From positions 1-25,009 of the forward strand of contig JAKOSZ010000140.1 of assembly GCA_029776555.1 (NCBI GenBank): 25,009 bases of DNA, written 5' to 3'. Shown one piece after another: positions 1-9,638 of the stretch. Every line of letters starts with the position of its first letter. The stretch's first letter is position 1. Made by a program: the position numbers and the translations under genes. The stretch is from Bacillota bacterium. GTDB lineage: Bacteria > Bacillota > Clostridia > Acetivibrionales > JAKOSZ01. The notes under the pieces were generated by a model. That model did no database searches, was not told the DNA's origin, and worked only from the letters and a program-made list of their open reading frames with translations.

Positions 1-102
1 CAGGCCGCCAGCCTCCAGAAAATGGCCGGAAAGCTTTTAAATCCTGAGGAAAGGGACCTTAAAAGGGCGGAGCTTATAAGAAGCAAGCTTGGCTCCCTTT
101 AA
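1..102 (+). CDS. mcsB: Protein-arginine kinase McsB, C-terminal fragment (5' truncated by window)
   Basis: Frame 1 reads QAASLQKMAGKLLNPEERDLKRAELIRSKLGSL then TAA at 100-102. This matches the McsB C-terminal 'LQ..AG..L.PEERD..RA..IR' pattern and lies directly upstream of clpC, the usual position. Confidence 0.82.
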   Translation, partial: QAASLQKMAGKLLNPEERDLKRAELIRSKLGSL

Positions 103-214
103 AGGGATGCGGCATTATGTGATTTTAATACCTAAAACAGGGTAAAGTATAAAAAAGCAGGACAGAGGACAAAGAACCAACAGGCAGTGTTGAGCATAAA
201 GGAGGGTGAGCGTG

Positions 215-2677
215 ATGTTTGGAGGACGTTTTACGGAGAAAGCGGAAAGAGCCTTCGCCTTTGCCCAGGAAAGCGCGATGGCTTTGGGACATAACTACGT
301 GGGAACGGAACATATTCTGCTCGGACTGGTGAGAGAGGGCACCGGTATTGCGGCCCGGGTACTGCAAAACCAGGGAATTACTCCGGAAAAGGTGACGAAG
401 GAAATAGAGGCGTTGATAGGCAAAGGTGAAGAGATCAACCGGCAGCCGGTGGGGCTGACGCCCAGGAGCAAAAGGGTGGTGGAGCTCTCCTTTGCCGAGG
501 CGAGGAAACTGGGGCACAACTATATCGGCACCGAGCACCTTCTGCTGGGGATAATGAAGGAGGGAGACAGCATTGCGGCAAGGATACTGATGAACCTGGG
601 AGTGGACCCCCAGAGGCTTTACAGCGAAATCATAAGGATGCTGAACAACGAAACGGTCAGCGCAGGCGGAGAGGCGAGGAATTCACCGAGATACGCCAAT
701 ACACCTACCCTCAACCAGTTTGGCCGTGACCTGACCGAAATGGCTCGTGAAGGCAAAATAGACCCGGTCATAGGCCGTGATAGGGAGATTGAGAGGGTAA
801 TACAGATTTTGAGCAGGCGCACGAAAAACAATCCCTGCCTAATCGGGGAGCCCGGAGTGGGGAAAACGGCCATTGTGGAAGGCCTGGCCCAGAAAATTGT
901 TGAGGGCAACATACCTGAGATACTGAAAAACAAGCGGGTTGTGACCATGGACCTTTCTTCCATGGTTGCCGGCGCCAAGTACAGGGGCGAGTTTGAAGAA
1001 AGGCTTAAGAAGGCCATGGATGAGGTTAAGAAGGCGGGCAATGTTATTCTTTTCATTGACGAGATGCATACAATAGTAGGGGCCGGCGCCGCGGAAGGGG
1101 CCATTGATGCCTCCAATATATTAAAGCCTTCCCTGGCCAGGGGAGAGCTGCAGGTTATAGGCGCCACAACTTTGGACGAGTACAGGAAGAATGTTGAAAA
1201 GGATGCGGCCCTGGAGAGAAGGTTCCAGCCCATAATAGTAGGAGAACCCAGCAGGGAGGAAACGCTGGAGATACTTAAAGGGTTAAGGGACAAGTATGAG
1301 GCCCATCACAGGGTAAAAATCACCGATGAGGCCCTGGAAGCAGCTGTCAAACTGTCCGACAGGTATATAACCGACAGGTTTTTGCCCGACAAGGCTATCG
1401 ACCTGATAGACGAGGCCGCCTCCAGGGTAAGGCTTAAAGCCTTTACCGCACCCCCGGACCTTAAAAAGCTGGAGGAGAGAATGGAGAAACTGGCCAAGGA
1501 AAAGGAAGACGCCATCCGCTGCCAGGAGTTCGAAAAGGCCGCAAAAATAAGGGATGAGGAGCACAGGATAAGGAGTGAGCTGGAGAAATTCAAGAATGAA
1601 TGGCAGCAGAAGAACAGCACCGTCACAAACACCGTCACCGATGAAGAGATAGGTGAGATAGTGTCCAGCTGGACGGGCATCCCGGTCAGGAGGCTGGTGG
1701 AAGAAGAATCGGAAAAGCTGATGAAGCTGGAGGACGTGCTCCACAAGAGGGTCATCGGCCAGGATGAGGCTGTCAGGGCTGTGGCAAGGGCGATAAGGAG
1801 GGGGAGAGTGGGGCTTAAAGACCCGAAGCGCCCCATTGGCTCTTTCATATTCCTGGGGCCTACGGGAGTGGGCAAGACCGAGCTCAGCAAGGCCCTCGCC
1901 GAGGCCATGTTCGGCAATGAAAACGAAATGATAAGGGTAGACATGTCGGAGTACATGGAGAAGCACAGCGTTTCCAGGCTTGTGGGTTCGCCTCCCGGCT
2001 ATGTGGGCTACGAGGAAGGGGGCCAGCTGACGGAAAAGGTCAGGAGAAAACCCTATTCGGTGGTCCTGTTTGACGAGATTGAGAAGGCCCACCCCGACGT
2101 TTTCAACATACTGCTGCAGATTTTGGACGACGGGGTGCTTACCGATGCCCAGGGCAGAAGGGTCAACTTCCGCAATACGGTTATCATAATGACCTCCAAC
2201 GTCGGGGCCAGAACCATAACGGAGCCCAAAAGGCTTGGATTTGCGGCAGGGGACGCCGACAAGGCCAAAAGCTATGAGGAAATGAAGAACAATGTAATGA
2301 GTGAACTGAAGAGGACCTTCCGCCCGGAATTCCTCAACAGGATTGACGAGATAATCGTCTTCCACCCCCTGGACGAAGAGCACATAAAGAAGATTGTAGG
2401 CCTGCTGACGGACATGCTGGCAAACAGGTTAAAGCAGAACAACATCGATTTTGAGCTCACTGAGGCGGCAAAGGCCTTCCTGGCCCAGAAGGGCTTTGAC
2501 CCGGTCTATGGCGCAAGGCCTTTAAAGAGGGCCATACAGAGCATGGTGGAAGACCGGCTGGCGGAGGAAATGCTGGAAGGAAGAATAAAGGCGGGCGATA
2601 GGGTCAAGGTTGACTTAAAAGACGGGGAACTGGTAGTGGTCAGGAAGGCAAAGAGCAGTGCCAGGGCCCAGGCTTGA
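215..2677 (+). CDS. clpC: ATP-dependent Clp protease ATP-binding subunit ClpC
   Basis: Two Clp-N repeats ([18 protein letters not shown]), Walker A GEPGVGKT and GPTGVGKT, Walker B ILFIDE and VVLFDE, UVR coiled coil, and [21 protein letters not shown] at 201-205 favours a start at GTG 212 or ATG 215 rather than 206. Confidence 0.97.
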   Translation: MFGGRFTEKAERAFAFAQESAMALGHNYVGTEHILLGLVREGTGIAARVLQNQGITPEKVTKEIEALIGKGEEINRQPVGLTPRSKRVVELSFAEARKLGHNYIGTEHLLLGIMKEGDSIAARILMNLGVDPQRLYSEIIRMLNNETVSAGGEARNSPRYANTPTLNQFGRDLTEMAREGKIDPVIGRDREIERVIQILSRRTKNNPCLIGEPGVGKTAIVEGLAQKIVEGNIPEILKNKRVVTMDLSSMVAGAKYRGEFEERLKKAMDEVKKAGNVILFIDEMHTIVGAGAAEGAIDASNILKPSLARGELQVIGATTLDEYRKNVEKDAALERRFQPIIVGEPSREETLEILKGLRDKYEAHHRVKITDEALEAAVKLSDRYITDRFLPDKAIDLIDEAASRVRLKAFTAPPDLKKLEERMEKLAKEKEDAIRCQEFEKAAKIRDEEHRIRSELEKFKNEWQQKNSTVTNTVTDEEIGEIVSSWTGIPVRRLVEEESEKLMKLEDVLHKRVIGQDEAVRAVARAIRRGRVGLKDPKRPIGSFIFLGPTGVGKTELSKALAEAMFGNENEMIRVDMSEYMEKHSVSRLVGSPPGYVGYEEGGQLTEKVRRKPYSVVLFDEIEKAHPDVFNILLQILDDGVLTDAQGRRVNFRNTVIIMTSNVGARTITEPKRLGFAAGDADKAKSYEEMKNNVMSELKRTFRPEFLNRIDEIIVFHPLDEEHIKKIVGLLTDMLANRLKQNNIDFELTEAAKAFLAQKGFDPVYGARPLKRAIQSMVEDRLAEEMLEGRIKAGDRVKVDLKDGELVVVRKAKSSARAQA

Positions 2678-2717
2678 AAGTCGAATTTTAGGGGCTTATA
2701 AAGAGACTCTCCCTTAA

Positions 2718-2746
2718 TTGCGTTTTATTTTCCAGGGTGATATAAT
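2718..2746 (+). promoter_or_regulatory. Sigma-A-type promoter of the first GT2 gene
   Basis: TTGCGT (2718-2723), 17 nt spacer, TG-n extension, TATAAT (2741-2746). Confidence 0.75.
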
Positions 2747-2754
2747 TTTAGTTG

Positions 2755-2785
2755 ATTTCCGGCGGGATTTAATTCCGCCGGAAAT
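2755..2785. repeat. About 14-bp inverted repeat (hairpin) at the predicted transcript 5' end
   Basis: ATTTCCGGCGGGAT-TTA-ATTCCGCCGGAAAT, with one G-U pair and no downstream U-tract. Confidence 0.7.
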
Positions 2786-2850
2786 ACAATGGGAACCGGT
2801 AAAATGGGAAAGATGAAAAACGAAAAGCCAATACCCGCTGAGGAGTTTTT

Positions 2851-4116
2851 ATGATGCAAATGTTTGATTTTTGGGGGATTTTAGACAGTATTTTCGACCT
2901 GGCAAGTATTCTTTTTCAGGCGCTCCTTTGGATCATCTTTGTATATTATCTGGTTATCTCCGCCTTTGGCTGGGTGAAACGGAAAGAGGAACCTGCCGAA
3001 AATTTTCCCGTTAAGTATAAATTTGCGGCTGTCATATCCGCCCACAATGAAGAAAAGGTCATCGGGGGAATTATAAGGAGCTTAAAAGCCCAGAAGTATC
3101 CCAAAGACATGTATGACATATACGTGGTTGCCGACAACTGCACCGACAACACGGCCAAAGTTGCCGCGGAAAACGGGGCTATTGTTTTTGAACGCTTTGA
3201 TAACACCAGGAGGGGGAAAGGATACTCCCTTGAATGGATGTTCAACAGGCTGTTCCAGCTGGACAGGAAATATGACGCTGTTTGCATATTTGACGCCGAC
3301 AACCTGGTTTCTTCCAGGTTCCTGCTGGAGATGAACAAGCAGCTTTCCAAGGGCCACAAGGTAATCCAGGGCTACCTGGACAGTAAAAACCCTTATGACA
3401 CCTGGATTTCGGGCAACTACTCCATTGCCTACTGGATCAGCAACAGGCTTTTTCAGCTCCCCAGGTATTACCTTGGCTTGAACTGCGCCCTGGGAGGCAC
3501 CGGCTTCACCATAGCCACCGACGTGTTAAAAGAAATCGGCTGGGGGGCTACCAGCCTCACGGAGGACCTGGAGTTTTCCTTAAAACTGGTGCTGAAGGGC
3601 ATGCGGGTGTCCTGGTCCCACGAAGCCGTCGTATATGACGAAAAGCCCTTGGGGTTAAAGCAGTCCTGGAGACAGCGCAAGCGCTGGATGCAGGGCCATT
3701 CCGACTGCGCCACCAGGTACCTTAAAAAACTTCTGAAGAAGGCACTGAAAGACAGGGATATGGTGGCACTGGACGCCTCCATTTATTTAATACAGCCTTT
3801 CATCATTGTGGTGAATGGAATAGCCCTGGTCATAGGGATGGGAATTTTTTTCGCCAACCTTGCCTTAAATCTTTCCACGCTGCTTTTTGTGCTGCTTATA
3901 GGGGTTGTTACCTACATAACCGTAATATTCGTTATCATTGAAGGCAAACTGACACCTAAGATATTCCTGTATTTTCTCACCTACCCTGTGTACAGCCTGA
4001 CCTGGGTACCCATAATAATAGACGGATTTCTAAACAGGCATAAAAAGGAATGGGTACACACCCTTCATACCAGAGCCCTTGACATTGACGACATCGAATC
4101 CCTGGACAAGATATAA
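2851..4116 (+). CDS. Membrane-bound processive-type GT2 glycosyltransferase (paralog 1)
   Basis: AHNEE, VADNC, FDADN (DxD), TED and QRKRW motifs. N-terminal and C-terminal hydrophobic segments. RBS GAGGAG. Confidence 0.92.
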   Translation: MMQMFDFWGILDSIFDLASILFQALLWIIFVYYLVISAFGWVKRKEEPAENFPVKYKFAAVISAHNEEKVIGGIIRSLKAQKYPKDMYDIYVVADNCTDNTAKVAAENGAIVFERFDNTRRGKGYSLEWMFNRLFQLDRKYDAVCIFDADNLVSSRFLLEMNKQLSKGHKVIQGYLDSKNPYDTWISGNYSIAYWISNRLFQLPRYYLGLNCALGGTGFTIATDVLKEIGWGATSLTEDLEFSLKLVLKGMRVSWSHEAVVYDEKPLGLKQSWRQRKRWMQGHSDCATRYLKKLLKKALKDRDMVALDASIYLIQPFIIVVNGIALVIGMGIFFANLALNLSTLLFVLLIGVVTYITVIFVIIEGKLTPKIFLYFLTYPVYSLTWVPIIIDGFLNRHKKEWVHTLHTRALDIDDIESLDKI

Positions 4117-4139
4117 GGACGGTTTCTCCGGATGCGCCT

Positions 4140-5396
4140 CTAAGCCTTTTCCAGGTCCCTTATGCTTATTTCCCTTGTGTGGACTGTGTGGTACCAGACC
4201 CGGTTGTTCTTGCTCAAAAAGCCCTGGATGGTTATGGGCAGCCAGGTAATGCAGTAAAAGGGGTATACGATGAAGCCAAGCAGAACTTTTAAGTTAAACT
4301 TCTTTTCGATCATGATTATCCATGGCCCGTAGAAAAGCTGAAAAAGCGCAAACACATACCATATCCCGGCAGGGAACACGTATCTTATGCTGTAGAAGGG
4401 AGACTGGGGATATATTGTCTGGATCCACATCATGATGGTGGTAAGGCCGATGAATATGTATCTGACAGGCTGAAACAGGTATATAGCGCAGTCCAGGGCG
4501 GTGAGGTCGTTCTCCCTGAAGGCCTTTGCAAAGAGCAAACCCAGGTAGCGGCTGGCGCAGTCGGCATGCCCCTGCATCCACCGTTTCCGCTGGAGCCATG
4601 ACTGTTTCAGGGTAAGGGGTTTTTCATCGTATACTACGGCGTTATGGGCCCAGGCTATTTTGATGCCGTTTAAGGCCATCTTCATTGTGAATTCCAGGTC
4701 TTCGGTGAGGCAGGTGGCTCCCCAGCCTGTCTTCTTCAAAGTCTCCAAATCCACGCAGAATCCGGTACCGCAAAGACTGCAGCTTAGGCCAAGATAATAG
4801 CGGGGAAGCTGGAATATCCTGTTGGACAGCCAGAAGGCTATTGAGTAGGAACAGGTTATCCAGGAGTCAAAGGGGTTTTTGCTGTCGATGTAGCCCTGGA
4901 CAACCTTGAATCCCTTTAAAAGCTGCTTGTTCATTTCCAGAAGGAAATTGGATGAGACCAGGTTGTCCGCGTCGAAGACAGCCACCGCGTCATACTTGTT
5001 TCCCATGGCGAAGATTTTCTCAAACATCCACTCCAGGGCGTAACCCTTACCCCTTTCGCTGTCGTTGAACCTCTTATATACGATGGCCCCGTGCCGGGCA
5101 GCCACCTCCGCCGTCCTGTCGCTGCAGTTATCCGCCACCACATAGATGTCGTAGAGTTCCCGGGGATAACTCTGCCTTAAGAGGCTGTCCACAATGTGGC
5201 CTATGACGCACTCTTCGTTGTGAGCCGCTATAACCAGGGCAAACCTCTTGACCGGGGGATAAAGGCGAGGGTCCTCCTCCTTCCTTTTTTTCAAGCCCCA
5301 GACGGATACTATGAAAAAGTAACAGCTGGTTATGAATATCAGGACCTGTATGACTTGGGTGACAAGAAATACGGCGCTGTTCAAACAAAAAACCAT
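4140..5396 (-). CDS. Membrane-bound processive-type GT2 glycosyltransferase (paralog 2)
   Basis: Same motif set (AHNEE, VADNC, FDADN, TED, QRKRW) and a C-terminal WYHTVH. RBS GGAGGAA on the minus strand at 5401-5407. Confidence 0.92.
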   Translation of the reverse strand: MVFCLNSAVFLVTQVIQVLIFITSCYFFIVSVWGLKKRKEEDPRLYPPVKRFALVIAAHNEECVIGHIVDSLLRQSYPRELYDIYVVADNCSDRTAEVAARHGAIVYKRFNDSERGKGYALEWMFEKIFAMGNKYDAVAVFDADNLVSSNFLLEMNKQLLKGFKVVQGYIDSKNPFDSWITCSYSIAFWLSNRIFQLPRYYLGLSCSLCGTGFCVDLETLKKTGWGATCLTEDLEFTMKMALNGIKIAWAHNAVVYDEKPLTLKQSWLQRKRWMQGHADCASRYLGLLFAKAFRENDLTALDCAIYLFQPVRYIFIGLTTIMMWIQTIYPQSPFYSIRYVFPAGIWYVFALFQLFYGPWIIMIEKKFNLKVLLGFIVYPFYCITWLPITIQGFLSKNNRVWYHTVHTREISIRDLEKA

Positions 5397-5560
5397 ATCA
5401 TTCCTCCGGGCTTTACCGTCTTATGTTGATTAATTTCAAAGAAGGAGAGTATTCCCCTCAGGAACCGACGGTGCAGTTTATAATTATTTTGCGTCGTAAG
5501 AGAAAAAATATTAAAAGATGTATTGAAAATAGTAAGCCTGGAAAGAAAAGGAGATTCAAA

Positions 5561-7492
5561 ATGCCAAAACCTTATATTAACAACGCAGTGGTGGGCAATT
5601 CCTCCATGCTGGCCTGTATAGACGAAAAGGGCCAGCTGATCAGGCTTTTTTGGCCTGGTATTGACCGCTTTCAACAGGTCAGCAGCTTTCTCATTGGAAT
5701 CAGTCAAGCAAACGGCCATGGGGGCACAAAATGGCTTAACGGGGATGGATTTGGGCATAGCCAGCATTATCTGCCGGACACCAACGTCCTGGAGACGGTT
5801 TGCACTGAAGTTGAAGGCCATCTTCAAATACAGCAGGCCGACTTTGTGCTTCCGGACAGGGATGTTCTGGTAAGGCTGATTGACATAAGAAACACGGGGC
5901 CGGCAGAGGCGGATTTGGACCTGGTCCTCTATTCTTCTTTTAGCAGTGCCATCCATGACCCTGCCGGCTCAATGTTCGATTTTGACACGGATGCCCTTGT
6001 TCACTACAGGCACGGCTGTTATATGGCCGTTTATGCCAACGTCTTCTCTATGGGTTTCCAGCTGGGGAGCAGCGCCTGTTATGCCGCCGGGAAAAATGAG
6101 TTTCACGGCTATGACGCCATTGGGATGACCCCGGAGGCGGCCGTTTCCTGGAGGCTTGGCAGGATTCAGGCCGGGGAGAAAAAAAGATTCCTGCTGGGGC
6201 TTTGTTTCTCGGACAGCCTGGCAGGCCTGAGAGAAAGGGTAAGGGAGTTAAGGGCCCTGGATGGGGATGAGCTTTTGCAAAAAACCGTTGATTACTGGAG
6301 AAGGTTTCTCGCTTCAGCCAGACAGGTCACCACGGGGGATGTCCGCCTTGACAGCCTCTACAAGAGGTCTCTGCTGCTTTTAAGGCTCATGTGGGATAAA
6401 AGGCACGGCGGCATTATCGCCGCGCCGGAAGTGGACGAGGAGTTTAGCAGGTGTGGAAGGTACGCCTACTGCTGGGGCAGGGATGCGGCCTTTATAACCG
6501 AAGCCCTGGACAGGAGCGGATTGACCCATATGGTGGACAGTTTCTACGGCTGGGCTGTAAAAGCCCAGGACGAAAGCGGCCTGTGGCACCAGAGGTATTA
6601 TGCGGACGGAAACCTGGCGCCGTCCTGGGGCCTCCAGCCGGATGAAATCGGGACCCTGGTATGGGGGATGATGAGGCACTACCAGGCAAACAAAGACCGC
6701 GGCTTTCTTGCCGGGGTATGGGAGAGCGCCAGGAAGGCCGTGGAGTTCCTGCTGGGCTATACTGACCCGGAAACAGGCCTCCCGCTGCCAGGCTATGACC
6801 TATGGGAAGAGAGCTTCGGGGAGCACACCTACTCGACGGCTGCGGTTTGCGCCGGTATCAGGGCGGGAGCTGAGATGGCGAGACAGCTTGTCAAAGCGGA
6901 AGGGCTTGCGGAATACTGGGAGAAGCGCTATGAGGAAATGAGGACTGCCATGGAGAAAAAGCTGTGGAGCGAAAAGCAGGGGCGCTTTTTAAGGAGTGTA
7001 AGGGTAAAGCTGAATCCCTGGGGGGAGGAAACGGCCGGTGAGGATGTAAGAATAACGGTAAAGCGGAGAAGCTTTGTACGGAGGCTCTTTCCCGAGGATG
7101 CCAGGATAGACGCAAGCCTGATAGGAGTCAGTGTGCCGTTCGAACTTTTCCCTCCTGACGACCCCAGGGTTATAAGTACCGTTGAAGCCATAGAAAGGTC
7201 ACTGACCTACCCCGGCGGCGGTATCGGGCGGTATGAAGGCGACAGCTACATCGGCGGGAATCCCTGGCTTGTAACTACCCTGTGGCTGGCCTTGTATCAC
7301 ATACGCGCGAAAAACTTTGCCAGGGCCCGGATGTGTCTGGACTGGGCGGTGAGAGGACGGACAGGGCTTGATCTCCTCCCGGAACAGGTGGATAAAAATA
7401 CAGGGAAGCCGGTCTGGGTGATACCTTTGACATGGTCCCACGCTATGTATATCCTGGTTCTTCTGGAGCTTCTGGAAGCCGGAGAGCTTTAG
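5561..7492 (+). CDS. Glycoside hydrolase family 15 (glucoamylase/trehalase-like)
   Basis: YAYCWGRD, YDLWEE (general acid region), LPEQ (general base region) and PLTWSHA motifs. Likely start is ATG 5561 after AAGGAG; the ORF-track start at 5423 is an upstream extension. Confidence 0.9.
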   Translation: MPKPYINNAVVGNSSMLACIDEKGQLIRLFWPGIDRFQQVSSFLIGISQANGHGGTKWLNGDGFGHSQHYLPDTNVLETVCTEVEGHLQIQQADFVLPDRDVLVRLIDIRNTGPAEADLDLVLYSSFSSAIHDPAGSMFDFDTDALVHYRHGCYMAVYANVFSMGFQLGSSACYAAGKNEFHGYDAIGMTPEAAVSWRLGRIQAGEKKRFLLGLCFSDSLAGLRERVRELRALDGDELLQKTVDYWRRFLASARQVTTGDVRLDSLYKRSLLLLRLMWDKRHGGIIAAPEVDEEFSRCGRYAYCWGRDAAFITEALDRSGLTHMVDSFYGWAVKAQDESGLWHQRYYADGNLAPSWGLQPDEIGTLVWGMMRHYQANKDRGFLAGVWESARKAVEFLLGYTDPETGLPLPGYDLWEESFGEHTYSTAAVCAGIRAGAEMARQLVKAEGLAEYWEKRYEEMRTAMEKKLWSEKQGRFLRSVRVKLNPWGEETAGEDVRITVKRRSFVRRLFPEDARIDASLIGVSVPFELFPPDDPRVISTVEAIERSLTYPGGGIGRYEGDSYIGGNPWLVTTLWLALYHIRAKNFARARMCLDWAVRGRTGLDLLPEQVDKNTGKPVWVIPLTWSHAMYILVLLELLEAGEL

Positions 7493-7677
7493 TCCGCAAA
7501 CTTTTTCAGCTTCGGTTCCTTTCGCCGGAATTGCGGGTGGTGAAGGGGCCCTTATGGTGGAATATGGTGGAGGGGCTTATCCCGTGGTTTATTACAAGGT
7601 GTAAAAACATGAGCAGTTTTTTAATGGAACCCCACATGAATACTCCCTTCTTAACGGATTAATGCTGTTACAGAATA

Positions 7678-7686
7678 TGATATAAT
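7678..7686 (+). promoter_or_regulatory. Extended -10 promoter element upstream of radA
   Basis: TG-A-TATAAT at 7678-7686. No convincing -35 box. Confidence 0.5.
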
Positions 7687-7733
7687 GGTCGAAGATGTGA
7701 TATATACCTTTGGTCGGATGCGGAGAGGGGATT

Positions 7734-9095
7734 ATGTCCAGGAACAAAACCGTATTTGTATGCCAGGAGTGCGGCTACGAAAGTCCGGGCTGGCTGGGGA
7801 AATGCCCGGGCTGCGGAAGCTGGAACAGCCTTGTGGAGGAGCTACCGGATAAACAAACCCGGGGAAGCAGCCTGCCCGCCGCTGAGGCTGTTCCCATAGG
7901 CCTGGCGGAAGTTGCGGCGGGAAAGGAGAAGCGCACCAGGACAGGCGTAAAGGAGTTTGACAGGGTCCTGGGGGGAGGCCTGGTAAAGGGCTCCCTGGTC
8001 CTGGTGGGAGGCGACCCGGGCATAGGCAAATCCACCCTGGTGTTGCAGGTGTGCGATAAGATGAAATCTCTTCCCCTTATCCTGTATGTTTCGGGGGAAG
8101 AATCGGTTGAGCAGATAAAGCTGAGAGCTGATCGGCTGGGAGTGGACAACCCGAACCTGAAAATAGTGCCGGAGACCAGTTTTAACTCTGTGGAAGCCCT
8201 TGCGGCAAAGCTGCAGCCGCCCCTTGTCATAGTTGACTCCATCCAGACCATGTACGTGGAAGACCTTGAATCGGCCGCCGGCTCGGTAAGCCAGGTGAGG
8301 GAGGTCACGGCCAGGCTCATGCGCATGGCCAAAAGCATGGGCATTACGACCATCATACTTGGCCATGTCACCAAGGAAGGCGCCATAGCAGGCCCCAGGG
8401 TCTTGGAACACATGGTGGATACGGTGCTGTACTTTGAAGGGGACAGGCATTTGAGCTACAGAATTTTAAGGACCGTGAAAAACAGGTTTGGCTCCACCAA
8501 CGAGATAGGCGTGTTTGAAATGAGGGATACGGGCCTGGTGGAAATAGAGAATCCTTCCATGATGATGCTGGCTGAGAAGCCGGAGAACGCTCCGGGCTCG
8601 GCGGTGGTGTGCACCGTGGAGGGGACAAGGCCAATGCTGGTGGAGATACAGGCCCTGGTGAGCATCAGCAGCTTTGGAATGCCCAGGCGAATGGCAATGG
8701 GCATCGATTACAACCGGGTAACCCTCTTAATGGCTGTCCTTGAAAAGAGAATAGGCATGGAACTGCACAACTTCGACGCCTACGTAAATGTGGCAGGGGG
8801 CTTAAAAATAGAAGAGCCGGCCTGCGATCTGGGGGTGATTACGGCCATAGCCTCCAGTTTTAAAAACATCCCGGTGGCGTCGGACACGGTCTTTATTGGG
8901 GAAATCGGGCTCACAGGCGAAGTCAGGGCCGTCAGCCAGATAGAGAAGCGCCTTATGGAAGCCGCGCGACTAGGTTTTAAAAAGTGCATTGTGCCTGCCG
9001 GGAACATGAAAACGATAAAGACAATGAAAAAGCTGGACGGGCTTTCTGTAAAACAGGTGAAAAACGTGCAGGAAACTCTAGACCTGCTGTTTTAG
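7734..9095 (+). CDS. radA: DNA repair protein RadA/Sms
   Basis: C4 zinc finger CQECG...CPGC, Walker A GGDPGIGKST, KNRFG motif and a Lon-like C-terminal domain. ATG 7734 follows GGAGAGGGG. Confidence 0.97.
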   Translation: MSRNKTVFVCQECGYESPGWLGKCPGCGSWNSLVEELPDKQTRGSSLPAAEAVPIGLAEVAAGKEKRTRTGVKEFDRVLGGGLVKGSLVLVGGDPGIGKSTLVLQVCDKMKSLPLILYVSGEESVEQIKLRADRLGVDNPNLKIVPETSFNSVEALAAKLQPPLVIVDSIQTMYVEDLESAAGSVSQVREVTARLMRMAKSMGITTIILGHVTKEGAIAGPRVLEHMVDTVLYFEGDRHLSYRILRTVKNRFGSTNEIGVFEMRDTGLVEIENPSMMMLAEKPENAPGSAVVCTVEGTRPMLVEIQALVSISSFGMPRRMAMGIDYNRVTLLMAVLEKRIGMELHNFDAYVNVAGGLKIEEPACDLGVITAIASSFKNIPVASDTVFIGEIGLTGEVRAVSQIEKRLMEAARLGFKKCIVPAGNMKTIKTMKKLDGLSVKQVKNVQETLDLLF

Positions 9096-9140
9096 AAGGT
9101 TTGCGGCAGGAGCGGCTTGACCGGACTTAAAAACGCCCTC

Positions 9141-9542
9141 CTATCTTAAGTTGTATTTCCCAAGAAGCTTAATCCTGTCGTTTTCCTTGATGATAATGTC
9201 GTAAAGGTTCAAGTCAAGGGTATTGCAGATGGATGCCAGATAAAAGAGGTTCCTTCCCATTTCCCGCTCTATTATATCCCGGCAGTTGTCGCAGAGCTTG
9301 CCGTAAAGGTGGGTGGCCATGACGTTGCGGATTTCCTCCAGGCTGCCGTCTTCGGGAAATGACTGCTTTTTGGCATCGATTTTAATGCATCCGCACTGTG
9401 TGACCGCTTTGATGATTGAACGGTTTACGCGGGCATTGGAATCCTGGTATTTTGTTATAAGGTCCACTATACTTCTGTTTCTGAGAAGTAATTCATGGGC
9501 GGTATACTGGAAATCGTCAACCATTATGTCTTTCAACAACAC
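9141..9542 (-). CDS. Conserved-looking hypothetical protein with CGC and CDNC motifs and a MazG-like C-terminal helix
   Basis: 133-aa ORF with an RBS-like GGAGAG and its own promoter. EMGRNLFYLASICNTLDLNL resembles the MazG 'ELGD.LFY...LAN.L..DL' helix. Confidence 0.75.
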   Translation of the reverse strand: MLLKDIMVDDFQYTAHELLLRNRSIVDLITKYQDSNARVNRSIIKAVTQCGCIKIDAKKQSFPEDGSLEEIRNVMATHLYGKLCDNCRDIIEREMGRNLFYLASICNTLDLNLYDIIIKENDRIKLLGKYNLR

Positions 9543-9608
9543 TCACTCTCCGCTGAAACCGACTATTTTAATACGCCAGCTGCGTGATGGAAAAGTGCTT
9601 CCAACACC

Positions 9609-9638
9609 ATTATAATTACATGGCAAAACAGTTGTCAA
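9609..9638 (-). promoter_or_regulatory. Sigma-A-type promoter of the Cys-rich hypothetical gene
   Basis: Minus strand TTGACA (9638-9633), 18 nt spacer, TATAAT (9614-9609). Confidence 0.7.

Noticed and set aside
125-2460. Long antisense and alternate-frame ORFs over clpC (e.g. 1283-2383, 366 aa) and similar ones over radA, proS and other genes
   Set aside because: They are shadows of well-supported genes, with no RBS or recognisable motifs.
2786-2850. Possible c-di-GMP riboswitch in the purine-rich GT2 leader
   Set aside because: The GGCAAA/GCAAA tetraloop-receptor architecture of c-di-GMP-I is absent and the segment is too short.
5423-5560. N-terminal extensions in the ORF track (GH15 5423; also carD 9994, yacL 10622, CAP 15350, IIB 18474)
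   Set aside because: They run through promoters or RBSs, and better RBS-linked starts lie downstream.
7432-7662. 76-aa ORF and short direct repeats (TATGGTGGA x2) between GH15 and radA
   Set aside because: The ORF overlaps the GH15 end, has no RBS or motif, and the repeats are too short to be significant.
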